A stretch of 64,000 bases of DNA from Nitrososphaerota archaeon (GTDB taxonomy: Archaea > Thermoproteota > Nitrososphaeria_A > Caldarchaeales > Calditenuaceae), in contig JAVQSZ010000002.1 in the NCBI GenBank assembly GCA_033581555.1, positions 128,001 to 192,000 on the forward strand, given 5' to 3'. A program made the translations under genes and the position numbers. Shown here in pieces: positions 55,642 through 64,000 of the stretch. Under the pieces are notes generated by a model. That model saw nothing but the letters and a program-made list of their open reading frames with translations. It was not told the origin of the DNA and searched no databases. Position 1 is the stretch's first letter. Every line of letters starts with the position of its first letter.

Positions 55642-56694
55642 TCACACCAACCTCCCCGTAGCGTGGGCCAGCTCGGCAGTCAGGATCGCTATCCCCGCGG
55701 CTCCCCTGACGAGGTTGTTGCTCAGCGAGACGAACCTGATCGTCCTCTCCCTCGCTCCCTTCCTCAACCTCCCGACGAAGACCGGCATGCCCCTCACGTC
55801 GCCCGCTTCTGCGTCGAGCCTCGGCTGAGGCCTGTCGGGCTCGCTCATCACAACGATCGGCCTTCGCGGCGCCGTCGGGAGCTCCAGCCTCTGCGGTAGG
55901 CCCTCGAAGGAGCTCAGCGCCTCGACTGCATCCTCGAGCCTGAAGTCCCTCCCGAGCTCGACTGAGACGGACGCGAGGTGGCCGACCAGCGTCGGGACCC
56001 GCGTGCAAGTGGCGTCGACCTCGAACCCAGCCGGCTCGACCCTGCCGTCCGCGAGCCTCCCCAGTATCTTCTTCGGCTCCGTCGAGACCTTCTCCTCCTC
56101 TCCCCTGATGTACGGGATCACGTTGCCGAGGATCGCCATAGAGGGGACGCCGTTGTAACCAGCTCCTGAGATGGACTGCATCGTCACGACGTCGACGTGC
56201 CTCACGCCGAACGCGTCGACGAGCGGCTTTAGGGGTAAGACGAAGGTCAGGGTCGTGCAGTTGGGCGTCGTCACGATGAAGCCGTCCCATCCCCTTCTCC
56301 TCCTCTGGACCTCGATCAGGTCGAGGTGGTCGGGGTTCACCTCTGGGACCATGAGCGGCACGTCGTCTTGGTACCTGTGAGCAGAGGCGTCGGAGAAGAC
56401 CGGGAAGCCGGCCCTCGCGAACCCCGGCTCGATGGTCCTCGCAGCCTCGGTAGGGAGGCAGCTGAAGACCAGGTCGACGTCGAACCTCTTCGGGTCCGAC
56501 GGCAGCACCTCTAGGTCCCTGAGCCTCTCTGGCACCTCGCCCCTCCCCCCGTAAGCCTCGGCCAACCTCCTCCCGACCGTCGTGTTCCCTGAGACGGCGG
56601 AGACCTCGAACCATGGATGCCCGTCCAGCATCCTCAGGTAGATCTGCCCGACCATGCCCGTAGCTCCCAGGACACCCACCTTCAACTTGCCCAA
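55642..56694 (-). CDS. asd: Aspartate-semialdehyde dehydrogenase
   Basis: GATG.VGQ, PEVN, PNCT, QS.SGAG, RVP...GH, N..RGAA; SD-like GGGGTGA. Confidence 0.95.
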   Translation of the reverse strand: MGKLKVGVLGATGMVGQIYLRMLDGHPWFEVSAVSGNTTVGRRLAEAYGGRGEVPERLRDLEVLPSDPKRFDVDLVFSCLPTEAARTIEPGFARAGFPVFSDASAHRYQDDVPLMVPEVNPDHLDLIEVQRRRRGWDGFIVTTPNCTTLTFVLPLKPLVDAFGVRHVDVVTMQSISGAGYNGVPSMAILGNVIPYIRGEEEKVSTEPKKILGRLADGRVEPAGFEVDATCTRVPTLVGHLASVSVELGRDFRLEDAVEALSSFEGLPQRLELPTAPRRPIVVMSEPDRPQPRLDAEAGDVRGMPVFVGRLRKGARERTIRFVSLSNNLVRGAAGIAILTAELAHATGRLV

Positions 56695-56749
56695 GCACGG
56701 TTCACCCCAGAGACGGAGGCGGAGGGGGCGGGCGCGGGTTCCTTCATCC

Positions 56750-56815
56750 TCAGTTCCCGAAGTAGAAGTAGGGGTAGGTCGTGAACCAGAACGCGTTCAC
56801 CGAGCTCAGGACCAC
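56750..56815 (-). CDS. Aromatic-amino-acid-rich leader peptide of the asd-aro operon (not in ORF track)
   Basis: SD-like GGAGGGGG, GTG start, MVLSSVNAFWFTTYPYFYFGN*: 4 Phe, 3 Tyr, 1 Trp within 11 consecutive codons. Confidence 0.8.
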   Translation of the reverse strand: MVLSSVNAFWFTTYPYFYFGN

Positions 56816-56853
56816 ACCTACCCCCTCCGCTCGGACTGCTCCGAAAAGACCAC

Positions 56854-56861
56854 GATAAAAA
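56854..56861 (-). promoter_or_regulatory. TATA box of the leader-aro transcript
   Basis: TTTTTATC on minus strand, placing the TSS near 56830, just 5' of the leader SD. Confidence 0.5.
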
Positions 56862-56925
56862 CGTGTGGCGAACCTTTTTGCCGCCTGAACCATAAAGCCC
56901 CGGAGTCCGCGCGTAGTTGCGGGTA

Positions 56926-57807
56926 ATGTCGCTGGAGGGCAAGGCGGTCGTCGGAGGGGCGGTGACGGTAGTCAACGCGATACCGACTGGAAAGGGGGCT
57001 GCGCTCGGAATAGGGCTGCGGACGCGGGCGAAGCTCAAGTTGGTCGAGGGCGGGTCCGGCGTGAGGTTCTTGAACGCGGATCGAGTCGGGGACGACAGGG
57101 TCGTCAGGGCGACGGTCGAGGAGGTCCTCAAGTGGTCGGGGACGGGGGAGTACGGCGTCGAGGTCGAGGTGCTCTCAGAGGTCCCGGTGGCAGTCGGGCT
57201 GAAGAGCTCGAGCGCCGCCGCGTCAGCGGTCGCCTTCGCGCTCTTCGACGCGCTCGGACTGCGACCGTCGCCCCAAGAGGCCCTGAGGCTGATCGCGGAG
57301 GCGTCGCTGAGGTCTGGGACGTCGATAACCGGTGCTGCGGACGATGCAGCTGCCTGCTTCATGGGAGGGTTCGTGGTGACCGATAACTCGACCAAGGCGC
57401 TCTTGAGGAGGGTGGAGATCGGGGGCGACCTCGTGGCGGTCGTCTCGGTCCCGAGGGGCAGGAGGACCTACACCTTCGAGTTCAAGCGCGAGCTCCTCGA
57501 CCCGTTCAGGCCGGCGTTCGATGCGGCCTTCGACCTGGCACTCCGCGGTGACCTCTTCGGGGCCATGACCGTCAACGGGCTCGCGATGTCCACGGCCCTC
57601 GGTTACGGCGCCGACGTCATCACGTCCGCGATGAGGAGAGGGGCGCGGTCCTGCTCGATCTCGGGGACCGGGCCAGCGATCGCCGCACTGGTCAGCAGAA
57701 TTGACTCCGGTGCCGTCTCCGAAGCCCTCTCGAGTTACGGCGACGTGATGGTCGTCGAGCTGAACAACGAGCCCGTGACCCTCGGGAGCGGGAGGCGCTG
57801 GCCTTGA
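56926..57807 (+). CDS. aroK: Archaeal shikimate kinase (GHMP family)
   Basis: GA.T.VNA..TG.G, P...GLKSSSA, S.TGA.DD, SGTGP. Confidence 0.92.
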   Translation: MSLEGKAVVGGAVTVVNAIPTGKGAALGIGLRTRAKLKLVEGGSGVRFLNADRVGDDRVVRATVEEVLKWSGTGEYGVEVEVLSEVPVAVGLKSSSAAASAVAFALFDALGLRPSPQEALRLIAEASLRSGTSITGAADDAAACFMGGFVVTDNSTKALLRRVEIGGDLVAVVSVPRGRRTYTFEFKRELLDPFRPAFDAAFDLALRGDLFGAMTVNGLAMSTALGYGADVITSAMRRGARSCSISGTGPAIAALVSRIDSGAVSEALSSYGDVMVVELNNEPVTLGSGRRWP

Positions 57808-58160
57808 GCGAGATGAAGCAGGTGATCGTCGTCCGGGCCGACGTGAGGATGAGCGTCGGGAAGCTCGCCGCCCAAGTAGGACATGCGGCCGTATCCGCGT
57901 TCCTCGAGGCGAGGAGGTCGAGGCCCGAGTGGGCCGAGAGGTGGCTCGAGTCGGGTCAGAAGAAGGTGGTCCTCAAGGTCGGGGGCCTCGACGAACTGCT
58001 GAGCCTCAAGAGGAGGGCGGAGGCGCTGGGGATTCCCGCGGCCCTGATCGAGGACGCCGGGCTCACCGAGCTCGAGCCCGGTACCACGACCGCCTTGGGT
58101 TTGGGACCCGCGCCGTCGGAGCTGATCGACAAAGTGACCGGCTCATTACAGCTCCTCTAG
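57804..58160 (+). CDS. pth2: Peptidyl-tRNA hydrolase Pth2
   Basis: KQV.VVR.D..M..GK.AAQ..HA, GQKK.VLKV, DAG.TE..PGT.T.LG.GP, VTG.L.L. Confidence 0.95.
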   Translation: MSEMKQVIVVRADVRMSVGKLAAQVGHAAVSAFLEARRSRPEWAERWLESGQKKVVLKVGGLDELLSLKRRAEALGIPAALIEDAGLTELEPGTTTALGLGPAPSELIDKVTGSLQLL

Positions 58161-59209
58161 GTCAGGACCTCCTCGAGCGTCCCCTGCTCCTCGGCCTCCT
58201 TCAGCTCGATCGCGATCCTCCTCCCCATGCTCACCGCCCTGCCAAGCCAGAGCTTCGAGTAGTTCCCGCCCGTCCCCATGTGGGCGTTGGTCCCTCCACC
58301 TATCCTGGGTGCGAAGTCGTAGACGACCGCCTTCAGGTCCGGCGTCACCATGATCTGAAGGGTGAAGGGCCCTATCAAGCCAGGAGGCTCCAACCGCCTT
58401 GAGGCCTCTAAGACCTTTAGCCCGATCTCGTAGCACTCGTTCAGGAGGCTCTCCCTGAGGGTACAGGGGACGTGCCCGACCTCGATCATCGAGTGCGGCA
58501 ACTCGAGTCCCAGCTGAACTTTGGCTGGCAGCCTGGTCAAGCCGTCGAGGTTGGTCTGGATCCTCCTGTCCGCGCTGATGATCTCGAGCCTCCCGTGGAC
58601 CCGACTCCAGAAGAAGTTGACGTTGAAGTGGGCCCCTAGGACCAGCTCCTCCGCGACCGCGGTCCTCAGCCCGTTCTCCGATATCAGACCCGATGAGAGC
58701 GCCGTCCTCACCTTCGCGTTCAGGTCGTCGCGGTCGGTCGCGTAGATGAACGCCCTCTCCTGCGGCCTATTCGCTTCCTGGACCTTAAGGAGCACAGGAC
58801 CTTCGACCTCGTCCAGGTCACTGAAGACCTTAGGCCTCCTGACGTCGGCCTCATCGAGGAGCCTGTAGTAGTTGGACTCTCCGGTCCTCTCCTCCCACCT
58901 CAACATCCTCCTGTTCCCGAAGACAGGGACCCTCAGCTTCCGCTCTATTCCCTCGTAACCGACGTAGACGGCCATGCTCCGGTTCGGGACGACGACGCAC
59001 CCGAGCTCCTCCAGCCTCCTCTGCACTTCATCCCGCAGCATCTCCCTGTAGTCGTTCAGGTCGATGCAGAAGTCCACCAGCCTGGTCAGCGATTTGTAGA
59101 TCAGGTCGCGCCCACTCTTACAGATCGCGACCGTCTCAAGCCCCTCGTCCTTGGCGCCGTCGAAGACGTCGAGCGCCGAGTGTGAAGCGACGCAGGCCAC
59201 GCGGACCAC
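58157..59209 (-). CDS. PurP-like ATP-grasp ligase (DUF1246/DUF1297)
   Basis: ASHSAL.V.DGAK.EG, PNRS, FGNR.ML..EER, DRR.Q.N.DG, GPF.LQ, RI.GG. Confidence 0.85.
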   Translation of the reverse strand: MVRVACVASHSALDVFDGAKDEGLETVAICKSGRDLIYKSLTRLVDFCIDLNDYREMLRDEVQRRLEELGCVVVPNRSMAVYVGYEGIERKLRVPVFGNRRMLRWEERTGESNYYRLLDEADVRRPKVFSDLDEVEGPVLLKVQEANRPQERAFIYATDRDDLNAKVRTALSSGLISENGLRTAVAEELVLGAHFNVNFFWSRVHGRLEIISADRRIQTNLDGLTRLPAKVQLGLELPHSMIEVGHVPCTLRESLLNECYEIGLKVLEASRRLEPPGLIGPFTLQIMVTPDLKAVVYDFAPRIGGGTNAHMGTGGNYSKLWLGRAVSMGRRIAIELKEAEEQGTLEEVLT

Positions 59210-59242
59210 GGAGCTCCTATCGCCCCTCCTCGAGAAAAACGG

Positions 59243-60265
59243 TCACGTCAGGACCTCTATCAGGCTTCCGGTCTCCGCGGAGACCCTCAGCTCCAGCGCG
59301 ATCCTTCTCCCGACGGTCATGGGCTCGCCGAAGTAGAGGGCGAGATAGGGGCTGCCGTGCTTGAGGTAGACGTTAGTCCCCGCGACTATCCTCCCGCTGA
59401 ACTCAAAGACGTGGACGTTCAGGTCTCTGTCGACGACCGACTCGAGGCAGAAGGGGCCCGCGAAGGGCTGGCCCGTCACCCTCACGACCGCCTCGACGAA
59501 CCTCTCGCCGAGCTCCGCAAAGGTCTCGAGGAGCCTCTCCCTCGGGAAGACCGGGAAGTTCCCGACGACGGTGAAGGTCGGCGAGACCCTCTCAACCACA
59601 CCCATCGGTGCCCTCCTCAATCCGTCAGCGTCCGACTCGTACCTTACGTCGAAGCCCGTGAGCTCGGTCCTCCGGTGGACTGGGGAGTGGAAGAAGTGCG
59701 CGTAGAGCGTCGTGCCGACCACGTACTGTTGGATGATCGGCCGCTCGCCGGGCCTCAGCACGCCCGAGGCACATGCGGTCTCCAGCCCCCTCCGCACCTC
59801 CTCGGGCGAGCTGGCGACGAAGTACCCCCGCCCTCCCCTCGCGCCGGGGAACTTCACGATCACGGGCCCTTCGACCTCCTCGGGCGAGCCGTACTCCTTC
59901 GGGACCGGTATCATGGCCTCCCTGAGGAGCCGCATCTTGGACTCCTGAGAGGACTCTATCGCCAACAGCCTCCTCGACCCGAAGACCGGGATCCTCGTCC
60001 TGACTACGTTCTCGGCGCCCACGTACTCGACGACCGAGCCGTTCGGGACCAGAACGTAGCCCTCTTCGCCGAGCGAGTCCAGCGTCCCGATGCCCTCGTA
60101 GGGCCTCTGATCGAACTTGAGGACCGGGAACCTCCTGTACAGCCTGAGAGCGCGTTCGTCGCCGAAGAGGACTGCCCTGAGGCCCTCCTCGGTCGCGCCG
60201 ATCACCACTTGGACCGCTGAGTGACTCGCGAACGCCGCTATGCCCGGAAGGGATTCCTTAGGCAT
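59243..60265 (-). CDS. purP: PurP AICAR formate ligase-like (DUF1246/DUF1297)
   Basis: ASHSA.Q...GA..EG, P.GS.VEY, GARGGRGYF, D.RYES..DG, GPFCLE, RIVAGTN. Confidence 0.8.
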   Translation of the reverse strand: MPKESLPGIAAFASHSAVQVVIGATEEGLRAVLFGDERALRLYRRFPVLKFDQRPYEGIGTLDSLGEEGYVLVPNGSVVEYVGAENVVRTRIPVFGSRRLLAIESSQESKMRLLREAMIPVPKEYGSPEEVEGPVIVKFPGARGGRGYFVASSPEEVRRGLETACASGVLRPGERPIIQQYVVGTTLYAHFFHSPVHRRTELTGFDVRYESDADGLRRAPMGVVERVSPTFTVVGNFPVFPRERLLETFAELGERFVEAVVRVTGQPFAGPFCLESVVDRDLNVHVFEFSGRIVAGTNVYLKHGSPYLALYFGEPMTVGRRIALELRVSAETGSLIEVLT

Positions 60266-60317
60266 CCGGCTATCCAAAGTTAATCACTTATTAACCTCAG
60301 TTCGCAGGGGCCCCGGA

Positions 60318-61046
60318 ATGGACGCGCTCGACGAGGCTCTCGTTAACCAGGTGGCCTCCTACGTCGCCTCGGACATCGTCCTCTCGCCGGAGCCGGGCAA
60401 GACGATGAGGAAGTGGAGGCTCTTGTTCCAGCTCTCGCAGAGGGAGGTGGCGTCCCAGATGGGGGTCTCGCCGCCGGTGCTCAGCGACTACGAGAAGGGC
60501 AAGAGGATGTCGCCGGGGGTCCAGTTCGTCAGCAGGTTCGTGAGGAGCCTGATCGAGCTGGACGTGAAGAGGGGAGGGCACAACGTGATGAGGTTCGTCC
60601 AGGGCGCGATCAAAGTCCAGCGGTCGATAATGGACATCGTCGAGTTCCACGTCCCCATCGAGCTCAGGGACGTCGTGAGGGCCGTGAACGGGGAGTTCGT
60701 GACGCTGAAGGAGGAGCAGGGGGTCCTCGTGCACGGTTACACGCTGGTCGACAGTATCAGGGCGATCCTCGAGCTCGGGCCCTACGACTTCGTCAACATC
60801 TTCGGGAGGAACTCGATGAGGGTGATCGCCTTCGCAAACGTCACGACGGGCAGGTCGCCGATGGTCGCGATCAGGGTCTTCCCCCTCAAGCCGAAGGCCG
60901 TCGTGCTCCACGGGCCGGTCAACGCAGACTCCGTGGACCCGCTTGCGGTGAAGCTGAGCCAGCTCGAGAGGATACCGTTGATCGTCTCGAGGCTGCCCAC
61001 GGTCGAGGACCTCCTGGAGGGGCTGAGGAGCCTCATCGGGAGATGA
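60318..61046 (+). CDS. XRE-type HTH transcriptional regulator (conserved archaeal)
   Basis: I.LS..PG.T.RKWR..F..SQ..VA..M.VS..V.SDYE.G.R.SPG, GYT.VDS, V.TGRSPM.A. Confidence 0.88.
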   Translation: MDALDEALVNQVASYVASDIVLSPEPGKTMRKWRLLFQLSQREVASQMGVSPPVLSDYEKGKRMSPGVQFVSRFVRSLIELDVKRGGHNVMRFVQGAIKVQRSIMDIVEFHVPIELRDVVRAVNGEFVTLKEEQGVLVHGYTLVDSIRAILELGPYDFVNIFGRNSMRVIAFANVTTGRSPMVAIRVFPLKPKAVVLHGPVNADSVDPLAVKLSQLERIPLIVSRLPTVEDLLEGLRSLIGR

Positions 61047-61774
61047 GAGCGATAATAGGGTGCTGCGGTTTCCCGGTCGCGAGGAACCGATACTACAAGA
61101 TGCTCGGAGCCGTTGAGGTCCAAACCACCTTCTACAGGGTCGTTAGGAGGTCGACGCTCGAGCGGTGGAGGAGGGAGGCTCCGGAGGGGTTCGTCTTCGC
61201 CCTTAAGGCCTTTCAGGGGGTCACTCACCCGAAGGACAGCCCCACTTGGAAGAGGTCTAATGTCAGGCCGAAAGACGGACACGGGCTCCTCAGGCCCACA
61301 GAGGAGGTGAGGGAGAGCTGGAAGGTCACGCTGGACGCGTGTAGGGCCCTCTCCGCGAAAGCAGTGGTCGTCCAGACGCCACCTGCGTTCAGGGATACGC
61401 CCGAGAACGTCGCGAACGCGATCAGGTTCTTCGGCTCGATCGAGCGGGACGAAGCGGTCGTGGGCTTCGAGCCAAGAGGTTGGTCCCAGGAGAGTGTTAG
61501 GAGGGTCTGCGAGGAGACCGACGTCACACACGTCACCGACCTGTTCGCCGCGATGCCCGTCGCCCTCTCGAGCAGGTCGATCGCGTACTTCAGGTTGCAC
61601 GGCTCGCCTCCCGGCAAGAGGATGTACAGCTACACCTACACCGACGACGACCTAAGAGCACTCGCTGAACTGCTGCGCGAGGTCGAGGCTAAGGAGGTCT
61701 ACTTGATGTTCAACAACGTCACGATGTTCGACGACGCCCTGAGGTTCCTTCGTCTCCTTCAATCGACGGGCTGA
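61043..61774 (+). CDS. DUF72 domain protein
   Basis: G.CGF, VEVQ.TFY, W...P.GF.F..KA.Q.VTH, FEPR, YFRLHG, Y.Y...L, FNN. Confidence 0.9.
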   Translation: MRAIIGCCGFPVARNRYYKMLGAVEVQTTFYRVVRRSTLERWRREAPEGFVFALKAFQGVTHPKDSPTWKRSNVRPKDGHGLLRPTEEVRESWKVTLDACRALSAKAVVVQTPPAFRDTPENVANAIRFFGSIERDEAVVGFEPRGWSQESVRRVCEETDVTHVTDLFAAMPVALSSRSIAYFRLHGSPPGKRMYSYTYTDDDLRALAELLREVEAKEVYLMFNNVTMFDDALRFLRLLQSTG

Positions 61775-62544
61775 GAGGAGGACCAGAGCAAGTCGAAGTA
61801 GGTCTGGGCCAGCGCCGTGAGCATCGCGTGGTCCGAGTAGATGCCGGCTTTGGGGCGCTGCTGGTCCGCGTCCATCAGGATCAGGAGGACCTCTGCCGAG
61901 TCTGCTATGACGCCGCCTCCGAACGTCAACTCCCTCCTCCTCACGCTCGCGACGTCGGTCAGACCCTTGAGTTCCCTGTCGCCGACCCCTGCCCCGACTA
62001 GAACCCTCACGCTCCGTCCCTTCTCCCGCATCACTGACGCCGCTGGGATCAGCGTCTGGAGCACCTCATCCGGCAAGACCGGGAGCGCGACGGAGAGGTT
62101 GACCTGGGCCTTAGCGATGAGGGCCTTCGTCTGCCTCCAGAGCTCGGACTCGCCCCTGACGATCCAGAGCTGGGGCATCTCCCTGTCGCCGCTCCTCCTG
62201 TAAAGGGGGGAGAGCTCCTCGACGACCTGCCTCCCCGCCACCTCCAGCTCGTTCTTAGCCCTCGAGAGGCTGGCCCTCACCGCCGTCTCGGGGTCCTGAG
62301 GCCTGTACTTGGTCGGCCTTCCGCCCTCCGCCAGCACCCAGCCGGCCTCGACGAGCGAGTTGATCACGCCGTAGATCCTCGAGACCGGTATTCCCGAGTG
62401 ACCCGACAGCTCCGCAGCCGTCGCGGACCCGAGCTCCAGCAGGCCGAGGTACGCCCTCACCTCGTAGTCCGTAAGTCCGAGCCTCCTCATCGACGACCTC
62501 AGCCTCTCGGAGAGCCCGAACTCGGGCACCATCCGCTCCGTCAA
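61759..62544 (-). CDS. TrmB family transcriptional regulator
   Basis: LGLT.YE.R.YL.LL..G..TA.ELS..S.IP..RIY..L.SL...GW....GRP..Y. Confidence 0.9.
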   Translation of the reverse strand: MTERMVPEFGLSERLRSSMRRLGLTDYEVRAYLGLLELGSATAAELSGHSGIPVSRIYGVINSLVEAGWVLAEGGRPTKYRPQDPETAVRASLSRAKNELEVAGRQVVEELSPLYRRSGDREMPQLWIVRGESELWRQTKALIAKAQVNLSVALPVLPDEVLQTLIPAASVMREKGRSVRVLVGAGVGDRELKGLTDVASVRRRELTFGGGVIADSAEVLLILMDADQQRPKAGIYSDHAMLTALAQTYFDLLWSSSQPVD

Positions 62545-62621
62545 TCCAGCCGAAATAGATCAACGTTGTCCGGGACGATCGCTGGGAACGCTTATAACCT
62601 GATCCTTTGTTTTTAAAAATT

Positions 62622-64000
62622 GTGAGCGGATCAACAGGTTCAGTCACCGTTCTGGGGGCCGGCGCGATGGGCCACGGCATCGCACAGGTCGCCGCGATGT
62701 CCGGATACAAGGTGACCGTAGTGGACGTCTCAGACGAGATCCTGAAGCGGGCGATGGAGAGGATAAGGTGGAGCCTCGAGAAGTTCGCGGAGAAGGGAAG
62801 GATAAAGCAGGAAGACGTGGCTGCCACGCTGGGCAGGATCTCGACGACGACCTCCGTCGAAGAGGCCTGCAGGGACGCTGACATCGTGATCGAGGCGGTC
62901 TTCGAGGACGTCGGGGTGAAGAGGGAGGTCCTGAGGAGGGCGGATGCGGCGGCCCGGAGGGCGAGGGTGATCGGCACCAACACTAGCTCGATCCCGATCA
63001 ACGAGCTGGCGGCGGCGCTCGGCAGGCCCGAGAGGTTCATCGGGATTCACTTCTTCAACCCGCCCCAGCTCATGCAGCTCGTCGAGATCATCCTCGGCGA
63101 CAAGACTTCAGAGGAGACTCTTAAGGCTGCGCAAGAGTTCGTGAAATCCCTCGGGAAGACGCAGGTCCTCGTGAAGAGGGACGTTGCGGGATTCATAGTG
63201 AACCGAGTACTGACCAGGGTCTTCGAGGTCGCGTGCCATCTGGTCCAGAAGGGGAAGTACACAGTCCTCCAGATCGACTCGGCAACGAAGTACAGGGCCG
63301 GTTTCCCGATGGGCGTCTTCGAGCTCGCCGACTTCGTGGGCCTCGACGTAGCCTACAACGTCTCCAAGGTCATCGCCCAGAGGGACAAGAGGTTCAGAGA
63401 GATCCCGCTGCTGAGGGAGCGCGTCGAGCGCGGAGAGCTGGGCGTCAAGTCGGGGAAGGGTTTCTACGACTACAGCAAGGCCGCGAGGCCCGAAATTCCG
63501 ACCGACGCGGGCAAAGACGTCGACCTCGCCTACATACTCGCCCCCGCGATGAACGAGGCCGCCCGACTTGTGGAGGAGGGGTACGCGTCCCATGAGGACG
63601 TCGAGACCGCCATGAAGCTCGGGACCAACCTGCCGAAGGGCGTCTTTGGGTACGCGCCTGAGCTCACCGTGGAGAAAGTGACGCAGGTCCTCGCGGAGCT
63701 CGAGCGGGAGCTGGGCGAGGGTTACAAGCCCGTCCCCTACCTGCTGACCCTAGTGGGCAAGGCACCGGAAGTGAAGAGGGAGTATCAGGAGATCTACATC
63801 AGGAGGGAGCCGCCGCTCGGGTGGATCGTGCTCAACAGGCCCCACAGGTTGAACGCGATCACCCCAACAATGATCGAGGAGCTTGACAGGGCCATCGACG
63901 AGCTGACCGAAGACAGGCAGGTCAGGGTGATAGTGATCACCGGCGAAGGTGGTAGGGCCTTCTCGGCTGGGGCGGACGTCGCGGGCTTCATGGAGCTGAT
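62622..64000 (+). CDS. 3-hydroxyacyl-CoA dehydrogenase/enoyl-CoA hydratase fusion (runs off window)
   Basis: GAGAMG.GIA, IEAV.E, TNTSS, G.HFFNP, GF.VNR, then LNRP.RLNA and AFSAGAD crotonase start. Confidence 0.93.
   Translation, partial: MSGSTGSVTVLGAGAMGHGIAQVAAMSGYKVTVVDVSDEILKRAMERIRWSLEKFAEKGRIKQEDVAATLGRISTTTSVEEACRDADIVIEAVFEDVGVKREVLRRADAAARRARVIGTNTSSIPINELAAALGRPERFIGIHFFNPPQLMQLVEIILGDKTSEETLKAAQEFVKSLGKTQVLVKRDVAGFIVNRVLTRVFEVACHLVQKGKYTVLQIDSATKYRAGFPMGVFELADFVGLDVAYNVSKVIAQRDKRFREIPLLRERVERGELGVKSGKGFYDYSKAARPEIPTDAGKDVDLAYILAPAMNEAARLVEEGYASHEDVETAMKLGTNLPKGVFGYAPELTVEKVTQVLAELERELGEGYKPVPYLLTLVGKAPEVKREYQEIYIRREPPLGWIVLNRPHRLNAITPTMIEELDRAIDELTEDRQVRVIVITGEGGRAFSAGADVAGFMEL

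Noticed and set aside
55619-57395. Long alternative-frame and antisense ORFs (e.g. 55619-56698, 56682-57395, and many similar in the track)
   Set aside because: Shadow ORFs caused by high GC; Arg/Pro/Ser-rich with no motifs, and they overlap well-supported genes
62618-62640. AATTGTGAGCGGATCAACA resembles the lac operator (possible vector contamination)
   Set aside because: It differs from lacO, has no flanking vector sequence, and encodes the in-frame start of the dehydrogenase; judged coincidental
1-64000. CRISPR arrays, transposases, integrases, inteins, tRNA or rRNA genes
   Set aside because: None recognised by eye; the tRNA-like words at 950-990 and 34817-34860 are short guide complements, not cloverleafs

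Overview
GC-rich archaeal chromosomal segment. L13e, L31e, L39e, aIF6, aIF2-beta, a PolB1-type polymerase, PriS, aRF1 and an archaeal SRP RNA point to a TACK lineage, plausibly Aigarchaeota/Caldarchaeales (inference). It is dense with housekeeping genes: translation, pyrimidine/purine/pterin/preQ0 synthesis, glnA, sdhA, leuC, and a complete archaeal-type shikimate operon (asd-aroA'-aroB'-aroD-aroE-aroA-aroC-lysZ, with divergent aroK). I saw no mobile element, CRISPR array, tRNA or rRNA. The most interesting signals are in the intergenic DNA and are missing from the ORF track. (1) A 21-aa Phe/Trp/Tyr-rich leader peptide with mutually exclusive RNA pairings sits directly upstream of the aromatic amino acid operon, suggesting ribosome-mediated attenuation in an archaeon. 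(2) An SD-led uORF ending in UAG lies in frame with aRF1, a candidate termination-sensing feedback loop. (3) Two box C/D sRNAs have guides matching typical tRNA-Leu segments. (4) The SRP RNA has an atypical Alu junction. All assignments come from reading motifs by eye; no searches or folding computations were run.
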